A stretch of 64,000 nt of DNA from Marispirochaeta sp. (GTDB lineage Bacteria > Spirochaetota > Spirochaetia > JC444 > Marispirochaetaceae): NCBI GenBank assembly GCA_963676835.2, contig CAXXFF010000002.1:384001-448000 (forward strand), given 5' to 3'. The position numbers and the translations under genes were made by a program. This document shows positions 8,935-17,907 of the stretch, piece by piece. The number at the start of each line of letters is the position of its first letter. Position 1 is the first letter of the stretch. The notes beneath the pieces were generated by a model. The model ran no database searches. It was not told where the DNA came from and was given only the letters and a program-made list of their open reading frames with translations.

Positions 8935-10773
8935 CTAATCCCCGGCTTTGTCTTTCATAAGCGGAGCAAAAGCTTCTGCGACCTTTTCCGCCACCGCTTC
9001 CGGAAGCCCTGCGCGCAGCATAAGCTGTTCATAACCGGCAGCAGCAATTCCTTCAACACCGCCGAATTCCCGGATAAGAGCCGATGCCCGCTGTTCACCG
9101 ATTCCGGGTATCTCCGTCAGTTTTTTGAGGTGAAGATCGCCGGTCCGCTGCCTGCGGCTCAAACTGGTGGCGAAGCGGTGGGACTCATCCCGCACAGCCT
9201 GCAGGATCTTCAGCGCTTCTGCAGTTTCGGGAAGACTGACCGGTTCGGAACGGTCCGGGAGGAAAATCTCCTCCCGCTTTTTTGCCAGACCGATTACTGT
9301 TATTTCCGTAAGGCCGAGGCCGTGAATAATCTCCCTTGCAGCATTGAGCTGTCCCTTACCGCCGTCTATGACCACCAGATCCGGAGGATCCAGACCCTCA
9401 TTGAGAACACGGGTATAGCGCCGGGCCATGGCCTCCCGCATGGACTGAAAGTCATCCACCTCCCCTGGTGCAAGGGTACGGATATTGAAGGAACGGTAGT
9501 TCTTTTTATCGGGATTTCCGTTATAGAAGGAAACCAGGGAAGCAACCGTATGCTTGCCGGCAAGATGGGCAATGTCAAAGCCCTCAATACGCCGTGGCAT
9601 GGACTTCATACCCAGAACAACTCGAAGTTCTTCCACTCCTGCCAGGTTGGCATTCTTTTTCTGCCGCCTCTGGGCATCCATCTGAGCATTTTCTTCCGCC
9701 ATGCGTATCACCGCCCGGTGGCGTCCCCTGGAGGGAACGAGGACTTTGACTCCGGCCCAGCCGCTTGAACGTAGATACTCCTCCACCAGGGAACCGTTCA
9801 CCCCATGAGACAGATAAACTCTCTCCGGGGGCCTGCGGTTTTCGCTGTAATACTGCAGAATAAACTGCAAGAGGAGTTCGCTCTCTTCCTGGGGGCTCAC
9901 ATTTCCATACAGTTCCCGGCCTACAAGCTTGCCGCCGCGCATCTGGAAAACAGCAAAGGAGGCAAATCGTCCGGCCGTCGAGACAGCCAGATAGTCCCGA
10001 GACTCTGCCAGAAAATCCTCCACCTGCTGACCTTCATCCACAGAACTCACCGCCAGCATTGAGTCACGGAATCTGGCAGCCTTCTCAAACTCAAGAGAGG
10101 CTGAAGCATTCTCCATCTCTGTCTTGAGTTCCTTTTTCAAAGCCGCCGTGTCGCCGGAAAGAAGCTTCTTCACCCGGCCCACATCCTCAGCATATCCGGC
10201 CTCGTCCACCTTCCCAACGCAGGGGGCACGGCAGCGTCCGATGTGGAAATAGAGACAGGGGGCATCCCGCTTTTTCAGTTTCCCCCGGCATTTACGCAGG
10301 GGGAAGAGGCGCTCTATAAGTTCCAGATAGCGGTCCACCGCCTTTGCATCCGGATAAGGGCCGAAATAGAAAGATCCATCACGGATAATACGCCGGGTTC
10401 TGAATACCCGGGGGAACTTCTCCGCGGTAATACGAATTACCGGATAGCTTTTTCCGTCTTTCAGGTTAACGTTATATCTGGGAGTCCACTTTTTTATCAG
10501 GTTATTTTCAAGCACCAGGGCTTCGTACTCATTGGCAGTTACAATATATTCAACCGTTGCCACCCGCTGCACAAGAAAGCGGGTTTTGCGGTCTTTATTG
10601 CCGGTGAAGTAGGAGGAGACCCGCTTCCGCAGGCTCACGGCTTTGCCTACATAGATTATCCGTGAAGACTCATCCTTCATAATGTAGACTCCGGGACTCA
10701 GGGGAAACTCGCGAATTTTCTCTTTTATTGCGGGGATATGTGAGTTTTCCGGAGAGACATTCAGGTCGCTCAT
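8935..10773 (-). CDS. uvrC: Excinuclease ABC subunit C
   Basis: GVY..YVGKA GIY-YIG domain, UVR domain, RIEGFDIA, DGGKGQ, RDESHRFA, C-terminal HhH. Confidence 0.98.
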   Translation of the reverse strand: MSDLNVSPENSHIPAIKEKIREFPLSPGVYIMKDESSRIIYVGKAVSLRKRVSSYFTGNKDRKTRFLVQRVATVEYIVTANEYEALVLENNLIKKWTPRYNVNLKDGKSYPVIRITAEKFPRVFRTRRIIRDGSFYFGPYPDAKAVDRYLELIERLFPLRKCRGKLKKRDAPCLYFHIGRCRAPCVGKVDEAGYAEDVGRVKKLLSGDTAALKKELKTEMENASASLEFEKAARFRDSMLAVSSVDEGQQVEDFLAESRDYLAVSTAGRFASFAVFQMRGGKLVGRELYGNVSPQEESELLLQFILQYYSENRRPPERVYLSHGVNGSLVEEYLRSSGWAGVKVLVPSRGRHRAVIRMAEENAQMDAQRRQKKNANLAGVEELRVVLGMKSMPRRIEGFDIAHLAGKHTVASLVSFYNGNPDKKNYRSFNIRTLAPGEVDDFQSMREAMARRYTRVLNEGLDPPDLVVIDGGKGQLNAAREIIHGLGLTEITVIGLAKKREEIFLPDRSEPVSLPETAEALKILQAVRDESHRFATSLSRRQRTGDLHLKKLTEIPGIGEQRASALIREFGGVEGIAAAGYEQLMLRAGLPEAVAEKVAEAFAPLMKDKAGD

Positions 10774-10822
10774 AACTGTTTAGAAAAATACTCTTTTTAG
10801 CTATGAGATTAAAGCGGGAACA

Positions 10823-11500
10823 TCAGGACTTTTTATCATTCATGACAAACTGCAGGGAGCGCAGAACATGATCTTTCATCAGAACTTCTGCCTTCTCTCC
10901 TTCCCGGTTTTTTATAGCCATATAAATGTCTTCATGCTCTTTCCAGGCACGGAGAGACTCCTCCTGACTGGATTGGGCATTTATGCGAAGCTGAACGTCA
11001 AAGGTGTGCATCATGCCGATAAGACGCATGATATGAGGGTTGTCTGCAATATCCCGCACCATTTCATGAAAAACTGCATTTGCTTCAATCCGATCCCGCC
11101 GGGTCCCTTCACTGGCACACTTTTTCATATACTCAAGCTGAATTCGCATGGCTTCAAGGTCTTTTGCCTTTGCTTTTTCAGCAGCCAGCCGGGCAATTAC
11201 CCCGTCCATGGCGGCACGGATCACCGTATTCTCCTCCATGCGCTCGGAGTATGATTCTATGACAAAGGTACCTTTTCTCGGGCGTATTTCTACAAGCCCC
11301 TCAATGCTGAGCATATTGAGAGCGCGTTTAACTGTGGTTGTACTGACTCCCATTTCTTCTGAGAGATAGCGGTCACTGAGACGGGTCCCTGGCCTGAGGG
11401 TCCCGTCAAGAATAGAGTCTTTTATTTTTTCATAAGCCGAATCGGTCAAAGACCGTAATTCGTCTGACCCCATTTTCAGGGGTGATTTTTTCTTCATCAC
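10823..11500 (-). CDS. GntR (FadR/FCD) family transcriptional regulator
   Basis: N-terminal GntR wHTH (GVSTTTVKRAL..EGLV..PRKGTFV); FCD with N..FH and EH motifs. Confidence 0.92.
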   Translation of the reverse strand: MMKKKSPLKMGSDELRSLTDSAYEKIKDSILDGTLRPGTRLSDRYLSEEMGVSTTTVKRALNMLSIEGLVEIRPRKGTFVIESYSERMEENTVIRAAMDGVIARLAAEKAKAKDLEAMRIQLEYMKKCASEGTRRDRIEANAVFHEMVRDIADNPHIMRLIGMMHTFDVQLRINAQSSQEESLRAWKEHEDIYMAIKNREGEKAEVLMKDHVLRSLQFVMNDKKS

Positions 11501-11604
11501 ATTCCTGCAGAAATCGTCCGTGCCGATCCTAAATGGCGGCGACGCTTATTATACACAAAAAGCGCCGCCTTTTTAGACATCAGCTGTGATTTTCAGCAGA
11601 AATC

Positions 11605-13119
11605 TTACTTCTCCTCTGCGGCTTTATTGAATTTTTGCAGGAAGATAACAAAGACAACTGTCAGGATAAGGAATACCAGGCTGTCCGGTTCAGTGAAGAA
11701 AATCAGCGGACTATTATGAGACAGAGAAAGTACCCGCCGGAAATACTCTTCAAAAAGCGGTCCCAGCAGGGCTCCCAGAATGAACGGAACAGATGGATAA
11801 TCCTGGTTACGAAGGAAGTAGATTGCAACACCCACACCAAGGGCTACAAACATCTGGAAAACCGAGTAGGTGGCAGCATATGCGCCGGTCAGAGAGATTG
11901 CCGCAATGCTTGAGTAGAGAACCAGGCGGTTGATCTTTACGATCTTGATGTAATACGGCCCGAAGAGAAAAAGCGAAAGAGGCATAAGCACAGCTGCTGA
12001 GAAGAAGAGAGCCGCGTACATAGGCGCAACAAGGTAGAGCTGCTTGGTAAGAATCTCAGGCCCGGGAATAACACCATAGATCATCAGCACGCCGAGAACT
12101 ATTGCGGTAATAGCATCTCCCGGGATACCAAAGGTAAGCATGGGAACCAGAGCTCCGCCGCAGACCGCATTGTTGGCTCCTTCGGCACATGCAATTCCTT
12201 CGTAAAACCCCTTTCCATATTTTTCAGGGTGCTTGGAAGAACGCTTTCCTTCAGCATAAGAAACAAAGGCAGCCATACTTCCACCGGCACCGGGCAAAGC
12301 TCCGATAAAATAGCCTATCAGTGCGCTTTTTACATAGCGCCAGAGACCTACTGCTTTAATCTCAGACCAGGGCGGAAAAAAATCTTTCCTCCGGATTTTA
12401 AGCCCTGATGAGGCTGCTGCCATTTTCTGATAATCAGCATTACTGATCTTTGACTGTGTCAGCAGCTCGGATATTGCGAAAGCACCGATAACGATGGGAA
12501 CAAAATCCAGTCCCTCCAGAAGCGAAATGGTTCCGAAGGTAAATCGCTGGGTCGGGCGCATTACACCCATACCGACTGTGGCAAGAACCAGTCCGAAAAG
12601 TGTCATGATGGCAGCTTTCGGCCAGTTTTTACCCTGCAGCGAGGCAATAACAATAAAAGCAAAAATAATCAGTGAAGCTTTACCGGGTGTTTTAACCAGC
12701 AGTGCTATCTTGATGGCCAGAGGCGATATAGCAATAAGCAGGATAACACCAATGGTACCGCCGATGGCGGAAGCAATTGTAGAGTGTCCAAGAGCCTTGG
12801 CGCCCTCTCCACGCTTCATCATCTCATGACCGTCAATTGCGGTCATTGCTCCCGAAGGGGCTCCTGGAATATTTATGGTTATCGCTGTGATACTTCCGGA
12901 ATACATACCCGCCATGTAAATTCCCATACACATAAAGAGGGAAGCATTCATAGACATGGAGTACGTCATTGGCAGAAGAAGAACTATTGCCAGGAGTGCT
13001 GTCAGTCCGGGAATAGATCCGAAAATAACTCCGACGAGAAATCCAAACATCAAAACAAGAATAAGTGTCGGATCTCCCAGGAGGGTAAATGCATCAAATA
13101 TTTGTCCTAGTGCAGACAT
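11605..13119 (-). CDS. tctA: Tripartite tricarboxylate transporter large permease TctA (copy 1)
   Basis: GSIPGLT, NIPGAP, GALPGAGG, EGANNA, LTFGIPG motifs. Confidence 0.93.
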   Translation of the reverse strand: MSALGQIFDAFTLLGDPTLILVLMFGFLVGVIFGSIPGLTALLAIVLLLPMTYSMSMNASLFMCMGIYMAGMYSGSITAITINIPGAPSGAMTAIDGHEMMKRGEGAKALGHSTIASAIGGTIGVILLIAISPLAIKIALLVKTPGKASLIIFAFIVIASLQGKNWPKAAIMTLFGLVLATVGMGVMRPTQRFTFGTISLLEGLDFVPIVIGAFAISELLTQSKISNADYQKMAAASSGLKIRRKDFFPPWSEIKAVGLWRYVKSALIGYFIGALPGAGGSMAAFVSYAEGKRSSKHPEKYGKGFYEGIACAEGANNAVCGGALVPMLTFGIPGDAITAIVLGVLMIYGVIPGPEILTKQLYLVAPMYAALFFSAAVLMPLSLFLFGPYYIKIVKINRLVLYSSIAAISLTGAYAATYSVFQMFVALGVGVAIYFLRNQDYPSVPFILGALLGPLFEEYFRRVLSLSHNSPLIFFTEPDSLVFLILTVVFVIFLQKFNKAAEEK

Positions 13120-13128
13120 ATCTCTCTC

Positions 13129-13617
13129 CTAATACAGACCAAAGAACATTTTTTCGAACTGGACTTTAAAAATAACCCAGTAGAGAAGGTAGACAACCCC
13201 GGTTATCAGAAGTGCATACAGAAACTTCCTCGGGAGCTGCTGAACCTTATCATCGAAAAAGACCAGAAAAAGAAACACATATATCAGCACTGCGGGAATA
13301 AGACCTGCAAAATGAAAAAGTACGATATACAAAAATGAAACAAGAGAGAGTATCAGCGGAGTTGTTACAATCTTGACCTTCTCAGGCGCTTTCTCGACAG
13401 TTTCAGTTTTTACTTCTTTTACAGCATCTACAAGCAGTTTTATGGCAATAGGAATGCCGATGATTCCAAGAAGCACTGGAAAAAATGACTCACTGGTCTT
13501 TTCTCCCATAAACAGGGGTCCCATGCTCAGTCCCATTGTCAAATAGATAACCAGAGCCGCCAGAACGGCTGCGGGAACCATAACTTTTGAATGCAGATAT
13601 GGATTTTTCAGTTCCAT
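13129..13617 (-). CDS. tctB: Tripartite tricarboxylate transporter small subunit TctB
   Basis: 4-5 TM helices, FFP motif, between tctC and tctA; start re-called to ATG 13617 with AGGAG SD. Confidence 0.82.
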   Translation of the reverse strand: MELKNPYLHSKVMVPAAVLAALVIYLTMGLSMGPLFMGEKTSESFFPVLLGIIGIPIAIKLLVDAVKEVKTETVEKAPEKVKIVTTPLILSLVSFLYIVLFHFAGLIPAVLIYVFLFLVFFDDKVQQLPRKFLYALLITGVVYLLYWVIFKVQFEKMFFGLY

Positions 13618-13705
13618 CTTAATACTCCTTTTTCCTGCCTGAATAAAGAATACGGCGCCCATTACCAATGGACGCCGCAACTCATCTACAGGAAAGCTCA
13701 AAGTC

Positions 13706-14695
13706 TTACTGAATAAGACCCTTTGCTTTCATGGTATCCAGTGCTTTAAAGGATTTTTCCTGTACGGCACTTACAAAATCCCGGGCCTTGTCCTGTCCGA
13801 ACCAACCGGCGGTTACACCGACAGATTTGGTCCAGCTGCGGAACTCATCGGAGTGCTGTGCATCGTAGTAGAGCTGCTCGATGGCATCAACTGTCGCCTG
13901 AGGAGTGTCGATGGGCGCTACAATTACGATGAAACTTCCAATTTCCATTTCGGCATGTCCAAGGGAAGCGATGGTGGGAACGTCTGTGTAAGTAGCGTTC
14001 TGAATGGTTGAGTATTCAACCAGACCGCGTACCTGACCGGACTGAAGAACAGCTGCGAAGTCACCGAGGCTGGTGATGGCAGCATCACACTCACCGGAGA
14101 GAAGTGCTTCACGCTGGGGACCTGCACCGTCAACATACTCAATCTGGGAGAACTCTACACCGTAGATCTCTTCAGTCTGCATGGTAATCATGGAAGGACG
14201 TCCGCCGATAGCAGTAATTCCGATAGTGATTTCGCCGGGAGCAGCCTTGGCAGCAGCAATAAACTCATCGTAGGTTTTCCAGGGAGAGTCTGCCTTAACC
14301 ATAAGTGCATCGGCTTCCTGAGTTACGATACATACAAACTTAAGCTTATCCAGGTCATACTGGGGAATCAGCTGGTAGTAAACAGCACCGACAGTAGATC
14401 CGTAGGTAAGGTTTCCGATGGTGTATCCGTCGGGACGGGCGCGCATTACGTCGAAGGGACCTGCTGCCTCACCGGAACCGGGTTTGTTGATAACCGGCAT
14501 GCTTACATCCATGTTTTTTTCGATGATAGAAGCAAGCTTACGGGAAATAGCGTCAGTTCCTCCGCCTGCACCGCTGTTACAGACATACTGAATGTCCTTT
14601 GCAGGGAAGGGTTTTTCCTGTCCGCCTTCTGCAAAAAGAGCAGAAGCTACAGAAAGAATAAGAACTGCAGCCAACAATGTTTTGAGAGTTTTCAT
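13706..14695 (-). CDS. tctC: Tripartite tricarboxylate transporter substrate-binding protein TctC (Bug family)
   Basis: Signal peptide FAEGGQE, AGGGTDAISR, NKPGSG, PDGYT, DVPT motifs. Confidence 0.93.
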   Translation of the reverse strand: MKTLKTLLAAVLILSVASALFAEGGQEKPFPAKDIQYVCNSGAGGGTDAISRKLASIIEKNMDVSMPVINKPGSGEAAGPFDVMRARPDGYTIGNLTYGSTVGAVYYQLIPQYDLDKLKFVCIVTQEADALMVKADSPWKTYDEFIAAAKAAPGEITIGITAIGGRPSMITMQTEEIYGVEFSQIEYVDGAGPQREALLSGECDAAITSLGDFAAVLQSGQVRGLVEYSTIQNATYTDVPTIASLGHAEMEIGSFIVIVAPIDTPQATVDAIEQLYYDAQHSDEFRSWTKSVGVTAGWFGQDKARDFVSAVQEKSFKALDTMKAKGLIQ

Positions 14696-14708
14696 AAACA
14701 CTCCTTTC

Positions 14709-14755
14709 TAATGTGTGATGCATCACACATTATACTAGGTTGTACCGGTTGTCAA
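14709..14755 (-). promoter_or_regulatory. sigma70-like promoter of tctCBA-gntR overlapped by a perfect 24-bp palindromic operator
   Basis: Minus strand TTGACA (14750-14755) and TATAAT (14729-14734), spacer only 15 nt; palindrome TAATGTGTGATGCATCACACATTA at 14709-14732. Confidence 0.75.
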
Positions 14756-14793
14756 TTTTTTTATGAGTAAATCGTTAAAAATTTATTTTTATT

Positions 14794-16305
14794 TTAGATT
14801 GAAACCGGCTTTCTGACCCTGCTGAGAAAAAGAACGAAGAAAACCGTCAGCAGGAGAAAGACCAGACTGTCGGGCTCGGTTACAAAAACAAGCAGGTTGT
14901 TATGGGAAATAGAGAGCATTCGGCGGAAAAATTCTTCAAACAGCGGCCCCAGAAAGGCTCCAAGAATAAAAGGAACAGGCGGGTACTGCTGCCTGCGCAG
15001 AAAATATACTGCCACACCTACACCAAGGGCTCCGAACATCTGAAAAACAGAATGAGTAGCTGCAAAGGCGCCGGTAAGAGAGATAACTGCAATCCCCGAA
15101 TAGAGCACCAGGCGGTTCACTTTCATTACCTTTATATAATATGGACCAAATAGAAAGAGTGACAGAGGAAGCAGAACGGCCGCAGAGAAAAACAGGGCAA
15201 TAATCATAGGCGCCACCATGACAAACTGATGGGAAAGCATATCCGGCCCCGGAGCTATTCCGTAAATCATCAGTACCCCCAGAATAACAGCAGTAACGCC
15301 GTCGCCCGGAATGCCGAAGGTCAGCATGGGCACAAGAGCTCCTCCACATACCGCATTATTAGCGCTTTCAGCACATGCTATGCCTTCATAATAACCCAGG
15401 CCATAAAGTTCAGGGTGGCCCGAAGAACGCTTACCTTCCACATATGCAACAAAGGCAGCCAGGCTTCCTCCCGCCCAGGGAAGCACTCCGATAAAATAAC
15501 CGATTATCGAGCTTTTAAGATAACGCCATATACCTACACTCTTTACTTCATGCCATGGGGGAAGGAAATCCCTGCGCCGGATCTTTAATCCTGAGGCTGC
15601 TTCGGCAATAAGCTTGAACTCTTCGTTGCTGTAGTTGGACTGGATTAGCAGTTCGGAGATAGCGAAGGCGCCGATAATAATCGGAACAAATTCAAAGCCT
15701 TCAAGAAGAGAAAGAGAACCGAAGCTGAACCGCTCGGTGGGGTACAGAACTCCCATTCCAATGGTGGTGAGGACCATTCCCAGAATAGTCATCATGGCAG
15801 CCTTGGGCCAGTCTTTCCCGGAAAGGGCCGAGATGATGACGAAGGTAAATAGAATAAGAGAAGTCTTTCCCGGAGTCCGTATAAGCAAGGCAATTTTAAC
15901 CGCCAGAGGAGACACCGCAACCAGCAGAATAACTCCGAGAACTCCTCCTATGGCGGATGCCAGAGTTGCATGTCCGAGAGCCCGGGTACCCATTCCCTTT
16001 TTCATCATACTGTGTCCATCCAGAGCAGTCATTGCTCCTGCAGGGGCACCGGGAATGTTCAGGGTTATGGCAGTAATAGACCCGGAATACATACCGGCCA
16101 TATAGATGCCCATGCAGAGAAAAAGAGCTGCATTCATGGGAAGGCTGAAAGCAATGGGCAAAAGAAGAACTATGGCCAGAGTAGCTGTAAGCCCGGGAAT
16201 TGACCCGAAAACAAGACCTACAAAAAATCCGAGGGAGACAAAGAAGAGCAGTATCGGGTCGGCCAGAAGCTTGAAAGTGCCGAGAATCTGAACAAGCGTT
16301 GACAT
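14794..16305 (-). CDS. tctA: Tripartite tricarboxylate transporter large permease TctA (copy 2)
   Basis: Collinear, highly similar paralog of 11605..13119. Confidence 0.9.
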   Translation of the reverse strand: MSTLVQILGTFKLLADPILLFFVSLGFFVGLVFGSIPGLTATLAIVLLLPIAFSLPMNAALFLCMGIYMAGMYSGSITAITLNIPGAPAGAMTALDGHSMMKKGMGTRALGHATLASAIGGVLGVILLVAVSPLAVKIALLIRTPGKTSLILFTFVIISALSGKDWPKAAMMTILGMVLTTIGMGVLYPTERFSFGSLSLLEGFEFVPIIIGAFAISELLIQSNYSNEEFKLIAEAASGLKIRRRDFLPPWHEVKSVGIWRYLKSSIIGYFIGVLPWAGGSLAAFVAYVEGKRSSGHPELYGLGYYEGIACAESANNAVCGGALVPMLTFGIPGDGVTAVILGVLMIYGIAPGPDMLSHQFVMVAPMIIALFFSAAVLLPLSLFLFGPYYIKVMKVNRLVLYSGIAVISLTGAFAATHSVFQMFGALGVGVAVYFLRRQQYPPVPFILGAFLGPLFEEFFRRMLSISHNNLLVFVTEPDSLVFLLLTVFFVLFLSRVRKPVSI

Positions 16306-16350
16306 CAGGTTTCCCCCTACAGAATTTTCATAAGAACTTCAGCATACAAT

Positions 16351-16379
16351 AAAAAGGCCCGGGAGTGAATCCGGGCCTT
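16351..16379 (-). terminator. Rho-independent terminator downstream of uraA
   Basis: AAGGCCCGG/CCGGGCCTT stem followed by a T-run on the minus strand. Confidence 0.75.
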
Positions 16380-16424
16380 CTGAAAAGAAGCAAATCAGCA
16401 GAGAAAACAGCTTTCAGCCGCTTC

Positions 16425-17720
16425 TTACGCCTCTTTGCTGCCGGCATCAAGGGTTTTGGGCAGCACCAGATTCAGAATAATTCCCACAAGGGTAGCCAGA
16501 GCAACATCGGCAAGTTCAAAATTCAGTCCTTCAGAAATGGGGAAGAACACTTTTCCACCGCCGATACCGATAACCAGAATTACTGAAGTAATGGTCAGGT
16601 TCCGCTTACAGGTGTAGTCAACGCCGCTTTCCACCACGGTACGAATACCGGCAGAAGCAATAATTCCGAAGAGCATCATACTGATTCCACCCATAACAGG
16701 GGTAGGAATGGTCTGAATAAGCGCTCCCACGGGCTGAAAGAAGGAAAGGACCAGGGCAATAACAGCAGCGCCGCCGATAACCCATACGGAATAAACCCGG
16801 CTGATAGCCATGGCACCGATATTTTCTCCGTAGGTGGTGTTGGGTGGTCCACCGAAAAGGGCCGCCAGAGCGGTTGCCGCACCATCACCTGCCAGCGTAC
16901 GGTGAATACCGGGATCTTTGTAGAAATCGCGGCCTACAACCTTGCTGACAACCATGGTGTCCCCCAGGTGTTCTGCAATGGTTGCGAAAGAGACCAGCAG
17001 GAAGGTCAGAATCGGAACAAAACTGAACTTGGGTATGGCGAACTTTGCAATTCCCAGTAAGGGAGCATTTACCACCGGAGCAAAGTCCACGATTTTGAAG
17101 GAGGGAACAAAGCTTCCCATAATCAGGGTGAAAATATATCCGCCGGCAATTCCGATAAGAATTGGAATAACCGTAAAGAATCCCCGCAGTACAATTGCAG
17201 AGATAATAGCGATTCCAAGGGTTACCGCAGCAATAATAACAAAGGAGCCGTTATAGCCGTTACCGGCATCCGCAAAGGGATACATAGCCATATTCATTGC
17301 AACCGGAGCAAGCTTCAGTCCGATTACAATAATGACACTTCCGATAACCACCGGAGGAAGCATCCGGTCCAGCCAGCCGATACCAATGCGGCTGATAATA
17401 AATGCAACCAGCAGATAGAAGAGTCCGACACAGAAAGCGGCTCCCAGGGCGTACTCAACTCCGAAGGTTGCAGAAACTGCAGTCAGAGGGACAATGTAGG
17501 CGAAAGAGGAACCAAGATAGGTAGGGACTTTTCCGCCGGTTATAAGAATATAGAGCAGCGTTCCGATACCGGAGGTAAAAAGAGCAGTAGCAGGACTCAG
17601 CCCGGTAAGCAGGGGAACCAGTACGGTGGCACTGAACATGGCAAAAACATGCTGAAAACTCAGGGGAATCCATTTGGAAAGTGGGGGACGATCATTCACA
17701 TCATAGACCGGTGACGACAT
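16425..17720 (-). CDS. uraA: Uracil permease, NCS2/NAT family
   Basis: QHVFAMF, YLGSSFAY, EHLGD, PNTTYGEN signature; start re-called to ATG 17720. Confidence 0.9.
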   Translation of the reverse strand: MSSPVYDVNDRPPLSKWIPLSFQHVFAMFSATVLVPLLTGLSPATALFTSGIGTLLYILITGGKVPTYLGSSFAYIVPLTAVSATFGVEYALGAAFCVGLFYLLVAFIISRIGIGWLDRMLPPVVIGSVIIVIGLKLAPVAMNMAMYPFADAGNGYNGSFVIIAAVTLGIAIISAIVLRGFFTVIPILIGIAGGYIFTLIMGSFVPSFKIVDFAPVVNAPLLGIAKFAIPKFSFVPILTFLLVSFATIAEHLGDTMVVSKVVGRDFYKDPGIHRTLAGDGAATALAALFGGPPNTTYGENIGAMAISRVYSVWVIGGAAVIALVLSFFQPVGALIQTIPTPVMGGISMMLFGIIASAGIRTVVESGVDYTCKRNLTITSVILVIGIGGGKVFFPISEGLNFELADVALATLVGIILNLVLPKTLDAGSKEA

Positions 17721-17907
17721 GTAACACTCCTTCTGCAAGGGCGTTTCGGACCGGGCATAATAACAGCACCCCTGCTCTTCGTTTGGATGATTATATACCT
17801 GATTATTTTAATAAAAGCAAGTTAACCCCTCTGGAGAGAATGGAGTAGATTATCCTCTCCAGCTGCCTTATAATGAAAGCACGATAATCAATACACCGGA
17901 GCACACT

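Noticed and set aside
10774..10822. SOS box upstream of uvrC
   Set aside because: No recognisable LexA palindrome of the known types (CTGT-N8-ACAG, GAAC-N4-GTTC).
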